Positions 10,971 through 23,804 of a stretch of 64,000 nucleotides of DNA are shown piece by piece. The translations under genes were made by a program, and so were the position numbers. The stretch is from Hydrolagus affinis. Lineage: Eukaryota. How positions within the stretch are numbered: position 1 is the first letter of the stretch; every line of letters starts with the position of its first letter. The stretch is taken from the NCBI GenBank assembly GCA_012026655.1, contig JAAILG010001131.1, positions 1 to 64,000 on the forward strand. The letters run 5' to 3'. The notes beneath the pieces were generated by a model that was not told the origin of the DNA, made no database searches, and saw only the letters and a program-made list of their open reading frames with translations.

Positions 10971-13900
10971 CTGAGAAGGAGTCATGCTGTGAGGTGGCAA
11001 ATTTATTCCTATTGGAGACACACCAGCAAACGGTTGATGACTAAGTGGAGGAGGGTGAAAGTTCCGCAGTTCTCCATATACACGTGGAAAGTCATGGAAG
11101 GAAGCAGGGACTTGGTGCATGAGCTGAACCCCATGGGAGACCATTACAGACTGGGACATGGGCAATCCTGGAGGGACGCCAATCAATCGGGCTTCACTGC
11201 GAGGAGAATGTGCCATTTTTACTTCATTTTGCTTGGTGACCTCTTTCACTGGTTGAGGGGTTTTGCTAGCAGGAGGAGTTTTAACAGATCCTTCAGGAGT
11301 CCTGGCTTGTCTAGCCTCTGTATGGACATCTCCCACAGCTGACATAGGTGGGTACATCATCCGAACATCATGGTGCAACATCATGTCTTGTGGTACGTTG
11401 TATTGGTCCAGTCGTAGTCTGTAGTCTGGCTGCATAACAAGGACATCTGATTGCAAAGGACCTGAGCCTCTTCGAATTTGATAATGCATTAAGTCATCAT
11501 CTGATTGGTGCTGATTACTTAACGGAGGCATGCACAGGTCCCTGATAACAGTTGACTGCGGTGTGTTTGATCGTGGAGAACGGAGTTCCATTTGCGGTTG
11601 CAGGACTGTCCTGGGTGAGGGATGGTGAGCCTCAGGACGTATCCCATATGGAATACTCGACACTGAAGAAGCATTCATTCGTGCATCACCTTGAGAAAGG
11701 TGACCTAAAGTGACCCCCTGAGCCTGTGTCACACTGTGAGGAGGCATAATGACTGACTGTTCTGGTAAATGGACACTGGGAACGTACTGTGACATAGAGA
11801 GACCTGCATTGAGAACCATGCTGGCATTTATAGACTGAGAAGAGGCCGAGGTGTTATTGGGCTGACATACTTTGGGAAACGAAGAGGGAGAATGAACGCA
11901 TGTGCGTGGAGAATGGGGTTCCTGTTTTATAGAAACGGGTAGAGGGAGGGTTCGATCACTTGGGGTGCCATGGCCAGAACTGATGTGGTTTGTATCAGAA
12001 TGCATTTTACTTGGCATAGCAGCAACATGATGTGGGCTTATCCCTGGGCTCAGAGTGGACTGTGGTACTTTGCCACCTTCAACTTTTGGGGCAATAGACT
12101 CTCCAGATTTTTTGCCAGCAGTAACAAGATTCTGCGTTTGCATAAGATTGTAGACAAGGACCTGAGAAACAGATCCAGGGACAATCTTATTTGCCCCTGA
12201 TTGAGAAGCAGGCAAGGCACCAGAATGGAGGTTAGCTTCAGATTTGTCTAAGATTTGGTGTTCCTGTTTAATAGACGAAATCACAGGTGACGTATTATAA
12301 GGCTGAGAGCTCATATGCCCCGTGAGCGCACTTGAAGAATGGGTACTAATAACATTGCTGTAACCTGTTGCAGTTTGTGAACTTTTTACCATCGGCTGGG
12401 CCTGTGTGACTTGCTCCTGTTTGATTTGAGACTTGGACACAGATTGTTGAAACTCTATATCGACTGCACTAGCTGGTGGTATCTGGCTGATGGGAGCACT
12501 TATTCGCTGAGGACCTTCCGTCTTCTGGCCTGAATAACTCAAAACAACCACCCCTTCAGATGTATTCACTCTCAAACCTAAACTTGACCCTTGGTTTAAT
12601 GGGATGTTATCCACTGGCCTAGACTCATCCCCAATGAATGCCACTGTACCAAGCTGATACCTGCTGTTTTCAGTCAAGTTTGCTCTGTATTTCTGTTTGG
12701 TCAATGGCATGGCTTGTAGACTAGATGACAGAGATGGAAGGTTGGCAGGGCCACGACTGTTGACAGCCATTTTTGGCATTTCCTCGTGGTCTACAATTAG
12801 TGGCATTCTGCTGATCACGGATGTGACTTTGGGTGTAATTAGAGAATTGACAAGGTTTTCTTTCTCATTAAAAAACACCTCTGGTGCATGCGGTCCTCCA
12901 ACACTGCTTGGTGGAACGATAGACTTCTCCTCCAGGACTAGTTTTTTACTCTCACTTGAAGGAAAACCTTCCTCTGATCGAACTGCAGATAGTGGCTCAC
13001 TTATCGATGTGGTAACAAATGTAGTTGGGGCATTGGTAGCGGACACATATTTTGGCTCCATTAAAATTTTCCTCAAGGTACTGGAGTTGGTGTCCAGGTC
13101 AGAAGCTTTAGTATCTGGAGGGGGAGCTGGGGGTGGGGTGGAACAAGTACGGGTGGCTTCATGTCTAGACAACCAGGACTCTGGCACAATCCCAGAACTA
13201 GCATGTGTAGATACCAAGCCAGGAGTTACTGGGATCTTTGCAGCAACTGTAGTAGGGAGAGCAGTAATGGCCACACGTGGCAAGTTTGGTTTTGGTTGCA
13301 CATCAGGCATATGATCAGTGGGTTGCTTTAGTTTAAAATACGAAGGACTCTTATTCTCTTCACAACAAGATGACAGTAGTGGCTCATGAGGTGAGATGGC
13401 TTCAGCTGCTGGCTCTTTATCTGGTTCAGGTTTGCCCAATTCGACTCTGGTCACATTCTCAATTTCACTCCTGGGAGCAGCACAAAGTGGCTCTACCACT
13501 TTTTTGTTCAAGGGTTCCTTGAAGGGTTTTTCTAAGATGGTCTCCACCGTATTAGCAACACTATTCTGTTTTAAATCTGTAGAAACCTGCACGATTTCAG
13601 GCTCTGAATTATTGCCATCAGTCGGATCTCCCTTCCTGCTGGCGTTGCCTCGTTTGTTGCGCCGAGTGTTTTTGGGTTTTGGACGTCCTCTGCGCGCAGG
13701 TGTCCGTGGGACCTCGATGGGCTCTGGCAATGGAAGCTTTTCTGTCCCCTGGGCTGTGGTTGCAGACTGCTGGAGACGTGCGTCTGCATCTTTTTGTTGG
13801 GGGCACACATCAGCATCGTTCGCTTCAGACACTGCGGTCAATACCGCAGCAGCTTTTGAAATGGAACCAACCGAGACAGCAGCTTTCGATACCAAGTTTT

Positions 13901-16900
13901 CCAAGACTGGAACTTGGGAGACTCCACCCTTTGAGGCCGGCGCTTGAGAGACCACACTGCCTACTGAGGTGCTATCTACCGAGACAACAGCTTCAGAAAT
14001 CTTTGACAAGGCCAAAACTTTAGAAATCACACTGTCTGAAGAGGCAGAAGCTTTAGAAATGACAGTCTCTGACGGAGAGGTTTTAGAAATGACAGTCTCT
14101 GATGGTAAAGCCTTAGAAATGACAGTGTCTGATGAGGCTTTAGAGATGACAGTGTCCGATGAGGCTTTAGATATGATGCTCTCCGTTGAAGCAGCTTTAG
14201 AAATGACTCTATCCGATGAAGAAACCTTAGCTATTACACTGTCTGATGGAGAAGCTTTAGAAACAACAGTATCCAATGAGGAAGATTTAGTAATGACACT
14301 GTCCGAGGAAGATTTAGTAATGACACTGTCTGAAGAAGGTTTAGTAATTACAGTGTCCGATGAAGGTTTAGAAATTACAGTGTCCGATGAAGGTTTAGAA
14401 ATTACAGTGTCCGATGAAGGTTTAGAAATTACAGTGTCCGATGAAGGTTTAGAAATTACAGTGTCCGATGAAGGTTTAGAAATTACAGTGTCCAAAGACG
14501 GAGCAGCTTTAGCAACAACATTGTCAGCTGAAGAAGCTTTAGGAATCACATTGTCTGCTAAATCTTTAGAGTTGGAAGTGTCCAAGGGGGAAGAAGCTTT
14601 GGAAATAACACTCTCCGATGAGGCCGTGTCCACGAAGGTAGGAGCTTCAGAACTTGCTTTCTCTTTCGAGGGGAGGTCTTCAGAAATTATACTGTCAACC
14701 AATTGGCCAGGTTCAGAAATAGTGTCTATTAAAGCAGAATGTTCAGAAAATGAAGGGTCCATTGTGGGACTTTTAGAAACTGAAGAGCTTGGGGTTTTGG
14801 CCAAACGGTTTGAAGCTGAGGACTTGGACATCGAGCGGCCAGAGGATGGTGCTTTAGAAAATGAACGGGCTGCCACACCAACATCTGCATCAGTCTCCAA
14901 TATGTTGGCAATCGCCTGATCAGTTTCTGGCTGTACACTGTCTGGGGGTGTGGACAGCGCTATCTGATCTTCCGAAATACCCGCGACTGCTGGCTCAGCA
15001 GGGTACCTTGGAGTGGATGGAAAGCCATCTGCTTCTGCCGATTCATCTGCAATGATGGAATCAATCGCTGCTGCAAGTTCAGTTTCACTGGCTAGATGGG
15101 CAGGTTTTTCCACCTCTTCTTCCGTTCTAACATCGGAATCATCCGAAGGCTCTTTGTAAGGATGTAAAGTTGGAATTTCGGTTAATTTTGCAATATTCTC
15201 CACTGCTCGTTCAAGTTCTATCTGCTTTGCACGTTGTACAGCCTCTGGCGAGCATTCAGGTTTATTCAAATCTTTTTCTGGTGATTTGGGCGTTTCCGAA
15301 AAAGGATGCTCAATTTCGTCTTTGAGTTTGAGTGATGGACTATCCTCTTTCAGGGGGTCTTTGCTCTTTGTCGTAGATGCTTCTCCATCACCTGCCTGAA
15401 GAACACCTTTTACTTCCTCAGTGTTGAGTCTGATTTCCAGATTCCTTAAACACATCTTGTCTTCAGTGAGCTTTGCATTTCTTCCTCTGCCGCCCTTTGA
15501 CTTTGACCCCTTCTCCGCTGCAGTCTTTTTTTCTACCGACTCGCTGGAACTGTTATCTGTCGGACATTTCTCCAACTCTCCATCATTTTTGACAGGGTTT
15601 TGGTCATTTAGTACATTGCCTCCATCGATTGAGGTTTTCCTGATGTGCTCGCCTGTTGACATTTGTTGATTTATAGGCTCTGCAGCATCCACAATAGGTT
15701 CGACACAAATCTCTGGGATTCTGGCTTCCATTTTGACACCTTTCTTTCCCGCGTGGCTGCTCAGAGTAGCTGAAGATGAAGAGTAACTCTGGGCTGCTTT
15801 CTGTGACCTTGGTGACTTCCATCCCTCAGCAGGTTTGGGACTTTCAATGACCTCTTTATGTTCTACTTCCTCAACTTCTTGTTTCACCGGTTCAGTTTTA
15901 ATAGGAGAAGTCTCGTCACCTGGTCTACGTTTGGGTTTTGGAGGCCTTCCTCTTCGTGCTGGAGTTTGTACGTTTGGAGAATCTTGAACTTCCTTTTCAC
16001 CTCTTTTCCTAGTTGAACGTGAGGCATCTGTCGAGTCTTTATTAGCGGATGGTCCTTCTTCAACAGTAGCATAAACAGAACGCACATTCCTGCGTCTTGT
16101 TCTACCTAAAGGCAGAGGTGTGTCTGAGGTCTCAGACTCTGGGGCAGAACTCGGAGATTTTGCTGTATTTCTGGAGACCTTCTCAGTTTCCAGTTTCTGT
16201 TCCTGGAGTCTCTGACTTTCACCACGTGGGGATGATGACCTCTTAAGCTTTTCACGGTCGATTCTCTCGCTCTTCCTGGTGGCAGGTTTTTCTGTGACAC
16301 TCACAGTGATTGCCGGCATTGGAGTCTTTGTTCGTTTAGTTTTGGAAGCCCTTTTTTCTTTCAAAACAAGACAAGGTTCTGCATCTACTTCATTGTCAGA
16401 ATTGTGTGGATGAGCCTCGGAATTCTCTTCTCTCTGATTTACACTGCCGGCAGGATTGTTGTCACTTTTGTGGTCATCCAATCCCATTTCTCTCTGAACA
16501 GGTTTGGAAAAGTCAGTGTCACACTCTGGTACTTCAGGCTCTGGATCAGGACAGAGATCTTGTAGATTTGTCCCGCCTGGAGTTGGTGGTTTAGTGTCCA
16601 AATAAGAAGGATGTTCTCGAACTGCACGTTCTTGCTCCGAAGCCACTGGATCTGAAGTAATATTTATATCTCCCGGTATTTGCTTGTTAAGAACAGGTTC
16701 AATTTCTTCACATGGACTAACACTAACAATGACAGGTTTAGGTGCATCCACCACAGGGGCAGATTCTGTACGACTCTCCCCTGAACTAGTAGCTAGGTTT
16801 TCAGTCACTAATGTTTCACGTGCTAATTTATCCTGAATACTTTCATGCTGTTCAATGGTTTGAGAACTCACGGTAGGAGTTGGTGGTGCTAGAGTCCTTA

Positions 16901-19900
16901 GATGAGGCATTATAATCTTTAATTCGGGTTCTTTCAACTCAGGTAGACCCTCTGGTGTTCTCGGCTGAACTTCATTCTCAATTTCTCGTCGCTCCAGTTC
17001 CTTTGGTTTCTGATCCTTTTCTTTCTCTTTCTGCTGCATACGGGTCAATTCAATGAATCGGCTGTGAAACAAGACGACAGGCTCTTGAACCACCTCCGGT
17101 GTATTGTTGGAGCCATCAAAGGACCCCTGTCTGCCAAAAGATCGACCTGAAATGATGTCCAGATCGTCATCCTTCCTTTCAAGATGTTGTAGGCGCCTTG
17201 AATCCTGTTCAAAAATCGAACTGTGCAGGAAACGGGAAGCAAATAGTTCTTGTCGCTCCTGCTCCTCCTCCTTATGATCTTCTTTCTTTTCATCTATTTT
17301 GCCTTCAGAATCCGTTCGAATTTTCTTCTTCTTCATGTACCAAGATGGGATTGGCCTTGGCGCCGACTCAACTTTTTCCTTGTCTTTGTCTTTCCGAAAG
17401 CTGGCAAACCTTGAATCCCGATCCAAGAACGACCAGTTCTCTTCTCGGGATGAAGAAAGTGACTTCGCCCTTTCGAGCAGTGCCTTGGTGTCGGGTGTGA
17501 TTGTCTTGTCAAGTGCAAATGAGTAGAATTTATTCCTTTCCAGTGAACTGGGTGGTTTTAAATCCGATAATCTGTCTCCTCTGTTCCGCAGAAAGAAGGG
17601 CAATCGAGAACTTTCAAAAGACGTTGAAGCTTTAGGTGAGTGAGATTTGTCATTATCCTCGTCAGAATCCGATGGCACCTCTCCCGGTTCCAGCTCACGC
17701 ACAGAACGCTTGCGAATTCCATCGCGTTTTATAATGTTACTGGGAAAGCTAACGTCAAGGCGATTTGCATCTAGCCTTAGACGCGTTTCCCACCTCGGAG
17801 TCTCTTCTTCTGAGCTCTGTGATGTTAGTTTCATTCTCGATAACTCTAAGGTTTGCTCTCGCTTGCTCGGTTCATGAGCATTGCATTTTGGTGGCTCTTC
17901 TCTCATGGAGATGTGAATCGTAGGGTCCAGTTTGGGAGAATCTTTTGTTTCCTTTGGTAACAATGGCTGACGTGGAGAGTCAGTGGAGTTTTCTTCCTCA
18001 TCCTGATACGACAGAATATGTCGAAATCCAGGAGAAAGAACGGTTTTCTCTGAATCCTCACTTAGCTGACGAGAGCTTCTGTAGTTCCTCTCTCTTTTCA
18101 TGGTAATTTCAAAATCAAACTGGTCAGTTTTCCTGCGTTTCACCGGGGGAGAATCATCAGTTACATCCTGAGGAGGCTTACCCACCTCATGAACCAAGCT
18201 TCGTTTTTCAAACTCATCAGCATTTTCTTTCCTAGGGCTGGTGTATTTTTCTGATTTTGCCATCTCGATTTCCTGTTGCTGTTTAAGCCTCCGGCTCTGC
18301 TCCATCTGCTTCCTATAGCTTTGAGTGTAATCAATATCAATCCCAACTTTCTCGTCCATATCCGATGGCTGTAATTTCTCATGGGTAGACTTGTGATCAA
18401 TTGTCTCTTCGGACGTACCACTGTATTTTCTATTCCGTTCTTCCCTTTTAACATCCCCTTCTCCGTGCATCTCATCAACCAGTGGAGGCTGAAGGACTGC
18501 CTTATTCTGAGCCTTTGCTATATTTAATTTCCTCAATCCAATTTCTTGAGTCTCGATTGGTTCTTCATTTGGCTCACCTAATCTGGACTGTGCATCTGTG
18601 CTGGGACGCAAGCCAAACCCCAGAGGAACACAGACAGACTCTTGTCCTTCTCTGGGAGTGAATGCTGGAATCATTTTCTCTGGCTTAACTTTTCTATGGT
18701 CCCTTTTGAGCAATTCTTTCCGCAAAGGTCTACGATCCAAATCTCCTTCTTTACTCATTGAAGGCGGCAACTCAGGATGTTTTTTTAGGCCTAGGCGCAG
18801 CTCCTCTTCCTCCTGACTGCCTCGTTTAACTTCCAACTTCTGTCGGTCTGTTCTTAAAGTTGAATCTGCAAAACGCCTTTTCCTGGCCTCCAGTTTGTCG
18901 ATGTCCATTGCACTTGGTGCTTCAGCAGACTGTTCTGGTTTAAGGTTCTTTTTGTGTTTCAGTTTCACTTCCTTATCCACAATCTCAATTTGGCTGGCAA
19001 GTGGTTTGTCTTTTGGCACTTTGGGCCTGATCGGTTCCAATTTTGACAGCTCGGGTTTGGTCTGATCTAGTCGAGTTAACTGTACCTTATTCTGCTCTAC
19101 AGAAGGAGATTTAACTGTGTCATTCTCTGGCTTTCCTCTTGGTTTCTCTAAAACAGGTGGTGGTTCAACCACCTTTGCTTCCTTCTCCTTTACCCGGGTT
19201 AAAACCACACATGGAATTAAATCCAAACGATTTTTTGATGTTCCTTCTTTCTCTACCTTCTCTTTCCCCGGTTTTGTTTTACTTTTTTGAGCATCGGGGC
19301 CGAGATCCTTGTCCAAATCTTGTTCAGTTTCAGACGCGGGGGAGCTTGGAGATGGGGCTTTCACCTTGCGGTTTTTGGGCTTTTCGTTTTTCTCTTTCTT
19401 GTCTAATTTCTCTACTTCAGGCTTTTCAGGTTTTTGTTTGGACCTGTCCACTTTCTCCACTTTCTCCTTTCGTGGGGCTCGTTTGTCAGTTCTGTCCGGT
19501 TCAAAGAGCCGATCCTTTTCATTTTTGTCGTAACGCTCAACTCGAATTTTGTCTGGTTTATCAGTCTTCTCGTATCGAGGTGGTGATAGAGAGCTACAGC
19601 TTCCACTGTGATCCGAGGACCGACTGTACAGTCTGCGTTCAGAGTCTACGCTGTCACTTTGATGTCGTTCTGACTGCGTTGGTGATGCACTGCGACTCTG
19701 GGCCCTCCGTGAGTGAGTTGGGCTTTGACTCCGCTCACAAGTCCGTCTTTCGTGATCTCGATCCGTTTCGTAACGTTCCCGCTCTCTTTCCCGTTCCCGC
19801 TGTCTGTAACTATACTCTCTGATATCCTGCTCGTACGGGTCTCTGTAATCTCTATAATCCCGTGGATCTTCATAATATCGAGGATCATAGTACTCAGCCT

Positions 19901-20046
19901 GATAAGGATCCCATTCGTAAAAATCTCTACTCCGTGCACGATAATCTCTGCGTGGGTCCTCGGGGAATACAGCAGCGGGTCCCCTGACAGCTTCAAAGTA
20001 AGCACGATCTGCTGGATATTCATGGAAAGATCCCCTCCGTTCCTCC
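10971..20046 (-). CDS. SPEN: SPEN exon 11 (giant 9,076-nt exon: disordered region, receptor-interaction region, RBPJ-binding motif)
   Basis: Acceptor tttacag|GGAGGAA (EERRGSFHEY...), continuous into ORF 10908..19460, donor TCTCAG|gtaaat. Contains SPEN motifs NKFYSFALDKTITPDTKALLERAK, PRPIPSWYMKKKKIRTDSEGK and GLRVNTSEGVVVLSYSGQKTEGPQRIS. Confidence 0.96.
13960..14730 (-). repeat. Coding tandem repeat in SPEN exon 11 (27-bp core unit, DTVISKPSS; degenerate 9-11 aa units on the flanks)
   Basis: acagtgtccgatgaaggtttagaaatt occurs as 5 identical copies starting at 14350, 14377, 14404, 14431 and 14458, plus a partial copy, surrounded by diverged [DE][ST]VISK units. Confidence 0.95.
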
Positions 20047-20169
20047 CTGTAAATTGAACAAAAAAAAACCTACATTAATTTACCGCTCCTTACTGTTTTG
20101 AAATGAAACAGGGTATGTGTATGTTTGCGTACGTGCGCGTGCATGTTGGGGAAACGGTTCATCACTTGC

Positions 20170-20270
20170 CTTCTCTCAGCAAAGATTTCGTATAAATCCC
20201 GCATGTCCTGCCCGGACACTTCCATTGAACGATAGAAAGCCAGTTGACTCTCGCGATTAGCAAAATCCAC
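20170..20270 (-). CDS. SPEN: SPEN exon 10 (end of RRM4; GC donor)
   Basis: Acceptor ttctag|GTG. VDFANRESQLAFYRSMEVSGQDMRDLYEIFAER. The donor that keeps the frame and the conserved AERR-EERR junction is AAG|gcaagt (101 nt). Confidence 0.92.
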
Positions 20271-20860
20271 CTAGAAGGAAGCAGAGGTCTTATTACAACA
20301 ATGTGCATTCTTGCTGTACCCTTCACCTGAGATAGGTCTCGGAGTGCTTAGTAAACATTAAATGCATGAGTGATCATTTCAATACCAAGGAAAATGTAGC
20401 CAATGATAATTGAGTACTTGAATAGAATGATTAAGTTAAAACTGGCAGCAAATCATGTTATTTTACTCGATTTTGGTCTAACAAAGCATTAAACTGTTTT
20501 TCCAGTTTGCTTGCCAGTTACAATTCCATTTTTTTGGACTGTAAAAGGCAAAGTTTTTTTTTTAAGCATGCAAATTGCCAATTATTTTAACTTGCTCAAT
20601 ACCAGTCAAATTTTAAACCCACCATCCCTTTCAATATCTTCTGCCATTTCATGCTCTAGTTTTGCAAGCAATGAACTTTTCTGTTGGATTCATGTATGGA
20701 AAGGGGTGGGGGAGGGAAGAAGTAATTGTTTATGCTTGTGTGCGAGAGAGAGATAGAACCTATGAGAGGCAAACATATTACCGTATGTACAGAAAGAAGC
20801 ACGCATTCGGGAAACAACGCAAGAGGAAGAAATATCCCCCATAAATTCTCTCATACTAAC

Positions 20861-20974
20861 CTTTATTCTATTTCCTCCAATCTTCCTGCCCTTGGTCTCT
20901 TGCACTGCCGTTTGGGCACATTCAATTTCATCATATAACACCAAAGCCATTCCTTTCTGTCGGTCCAATACAAT
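20861..20974 (-). CDS. SPEN: SPEN exon 9 (RRM4)
   Basis: Acceptor ggacag|ATT, donor AAAG|gttagt, 114 nt. IVLDRQKGMALVLYDEIECAQTAVQETKGRKIGGNRIK. Confidence 0.96.
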
Positions 20975-21719
20975 CTGTCCCAGGAGGCAAACAAAAAGGT
21001 CAGCTGTATTCCTGATCAGGAATGGCACATCTGTAATATACAGTATACCCTCTCATCTGTCTAGGACACTGTTTCTAACCACGATGTATATTTGTATTGT
21101 AAGGAACAAAAACAACAACAAAATTACATTGATAGAGCGCCTTTCAAATTGGGAGGACGTCCCAAAACATTAGGGAGGATGTGCCAAAACACCAGACGAA
21201 AGGAAAATATTACAGAGCAATATTTTTAGCGCCTTGGGATATCCTCTCAACACGAAAGACACTCAACAAATGTAATGTGTTTGTTGTTGTTATTGAGATG
21301 ATGTGTGATATCATTTGTTTTTCAGTGAGAAAGTCCAACATATTATGGGGTGAAATATCAGAGGATCTATACAGAGCTCCACAATGCTATCCTATGTGAA
21401 GCATGCAATATAAATTCAAGCTGTTGACTTAGAAAACATACTGATCAGCTGTGAAGAGTGTAATGGTATTACACATGAAGTATTATAGTGACCAGCAACG
21501 GGGACAATGAGGGTTGCAGATATGAAAGTTTCAACAGTGTACTACATTGCCTGGTTTCATTTTCTTTTTAAACTTTCAAAAGCATAACTAAAATGCAAAA
21601 TAGAATTGTAAAACCTTCTTATTTACAGAGTTTTCAAAGTAAACTGAAAAACATAGATTTTTCTGCCAGCTACCAAAAAGTTGCTAAATATAAATAAATA
21701 ACTTCAACAAAGCACCCAC

Positions 21720-21833
21720 CTTGAGCACGGGTCCATAGCGACAGAAATGTCTGGATAAGTATTGTTCAGTGATGTTTGAAGATAAACCATCCAGCCAGAC
21801 ACAGTTAGTAGGCATACTCTTTCCAAATCCCAG
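21720..21833 (-). CDS. SPEN: SPEN exon 8 (RRM3/RRM4)
   Basis: Acceptor ttcctag|CTG, donor CAAG|gtgggt, 114 nt. LGFGKSMPTNCVWLDGLSSNITEQYLSRHFCRYGPVLK. Confidence 0.96.
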
Positions 21834-23678
21834 CTAGGAAGTGAGAGAAAGAGAAAACAGGTACATTTGAACTGCAACACAACTCTCTGACTTGTGCACA
21901 ATATTATGCCTGAACTAACATTTACATTCATAATAAATGTGTTTATTCTTCCTTCCCCTCCAATCGTCTATTCTCTAAATCTTATTGCTGATTTACATCA
22001 CATCCTGGTCCATTATATAGAAGGGTTCTTCGACATAATTAAAATGGAAAAGATTGAGAATGAATGTTATGGTGGCTTCTGTTTTCCTGTTTTGGGGATA
22101 TCTTGTTTCTATTTTTGTCTCAATTATTTTCTTGTGTTTCTCTGTATGATATGTACCTTCTCATTGTTGAGAGATTTTATCATCCCTGTCTATGCTATTC
22201 TATCTGCCATTCTAGATTGTCAAGGTACAAGGATTGATTCACTCAGATATTCTCTCTTCTGGTGATGTACTCAAGCTCTAACATGCAGCACTTAACAAGA
22301 TAAATAGGGCAAAAGTGTTCCTTTAGTTGGGGGAAAATAGGTAACGAGTATTCTCATAAGACATGGAAGAATAATCGCAGAGAGGATGCAAAGAAAGCAT
22401 TTCTTCACTACAAGGTCTGTTAGGGAGTGAAATTCATTTAAAAAGGAAGCACTTGAGAAGTAAAATCAAACTCCTACATTCCCTCCTCTGCATTGTATGT
22501 CGGTGCATCAGGTCACTGCTTACAATACATTCCTGGCGCATGTGAAGCTAATCTGGTGTCAGAATTATAAATTGTATCAATCACGACTTGATTCATATTT
22601 GCACGAAAAAATACTGGCATTTAGCCTGGAAAAAGATGTGGGTGGGGGGTGGAATGTTACATTGCTTTTGTAACTAGTTTGTTCTGGGAATAGTACTTGA
22701 TATGTGATATTTTGGGTAACTATTTTAGGCACAATTGTGTACTTGCTCTAAACTCCACTCTCATACTATGCTTCCGCCTCCACTGAATAATTGTAATAGA
22801 AAATTCCTAAGTCAGTAAATGTTCTTAGAACTACATTTATTTCTAGCTTGTAACTACATTTATTTATAACAGTCATCTTCTGGACAATATGATGCATTGA
22901 CTTTTTTTTTGCACATTCTATCTAGGTTCAGCAGTTAAACAGCACAAAACAGGTAAGCAAACAACAATTACAATTAAAAATATGGAAGGATGGGCAGCCT
23001 AGTGGCACAGCACCATGGTGTATGAATGTACTGCACCAATTGGTAGGACATGGGTTTCAGGATTCCCCAAACAGTGAAATCCCAATCTCAGCAATCTTGC
23101 CTGCACGCCCGATAAAGGCACCATTCTCGAGCATCCTCTGTTACCTGCCTCAAGAGCAGCAGAGGTTTGGAAACAAGGTGCCAAGTCACTCACTCCAGTC
23201 AAGGATAATGCCAAGGAACCTAAAGTTTGGGATAAATATAAGGCAGCCCAGGAGGTAAAACCCGAAGCAATGAATTCTCAACTAGAAAAGGAGAGCTCAA
23301 ATCCAGTTTCGGTTTCATTTGCACTTGGGCTTGGCTGGGTGTGAGGGAGGAGTAACAAACGACTATAAAAGGTGGATTTTCACACACCACTCAATCACAC
23401 CTCTGGTATTTTGACCAAAGGCATCATTGATGGCATGAACAGAAAATGCGGGCTGGACACTCCTGCCCTGTACCACACCTTGGGCAGTGCAAAACGTGGG
23501 GAGGGTAAAGAGCACGTAATTTAAGAAAACAAGAAGGGAACATTACAAAAGTAAACTTACAACAAAAAACAGTATACAAGAAAAGTGTGCAACAGAAAAT
23601 TCTTACTAATATTTCACTGTGAACTCCTGATAAGTGAATATTCCTGATAAGCAAATGACTGTATTTCTCCTTGCTGAC

Positions 23679-23804
23679 CTTGAGCCGGTTATTTCCTAGG
23701 TACTCGCCGTCCATTTTCTTGATGGCTTTGCAGACACTTGCAATGTCGCAGTACTGTAGGAAAGCGTATTGAGGAACTCCATTTACCTTCTTGATGTCAA
23801 TGTC
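23679..23804 (-). CDS. SPEN: SPEN exon 7 (RRM3)
   Basis: Acceptor tgacag|GAC, donor CAAG|gtcagc, 126 nt. DIDIKKVNGVPQYAFLQYCDIASVCKAIKKMDGEYLGNNRLK. Confidence 0.96.

Noticed and set aside
14090-14493. Repeat array resembling a CRISPR array, or hammerhead cores (c(t/c)gatga...gaaa) on the + strand
   Set aside because: No unique spacers, eukaryotic coding context, no stem II; the pattern derives from Ser-Ser-Asp and Ile-Ser-Lys codons.
13969-14919. 316-aa antisense ORF, plus other + strand ORFs over exon 11 (12697-13314, 13396-13947, 19139-19822)
   Set aside because: Shadow frames of the SPEN exon and its stop-free 27-bp repeat; no independent start or splice evidence.
20600-20680. Possible cassette exon in intron 9 (KSSLLAKLEHEMAEDIERD)
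   Set aside because: Poor polypyrimidine tract and a 58-nt length that is not frame-preserving; consistent with chance.
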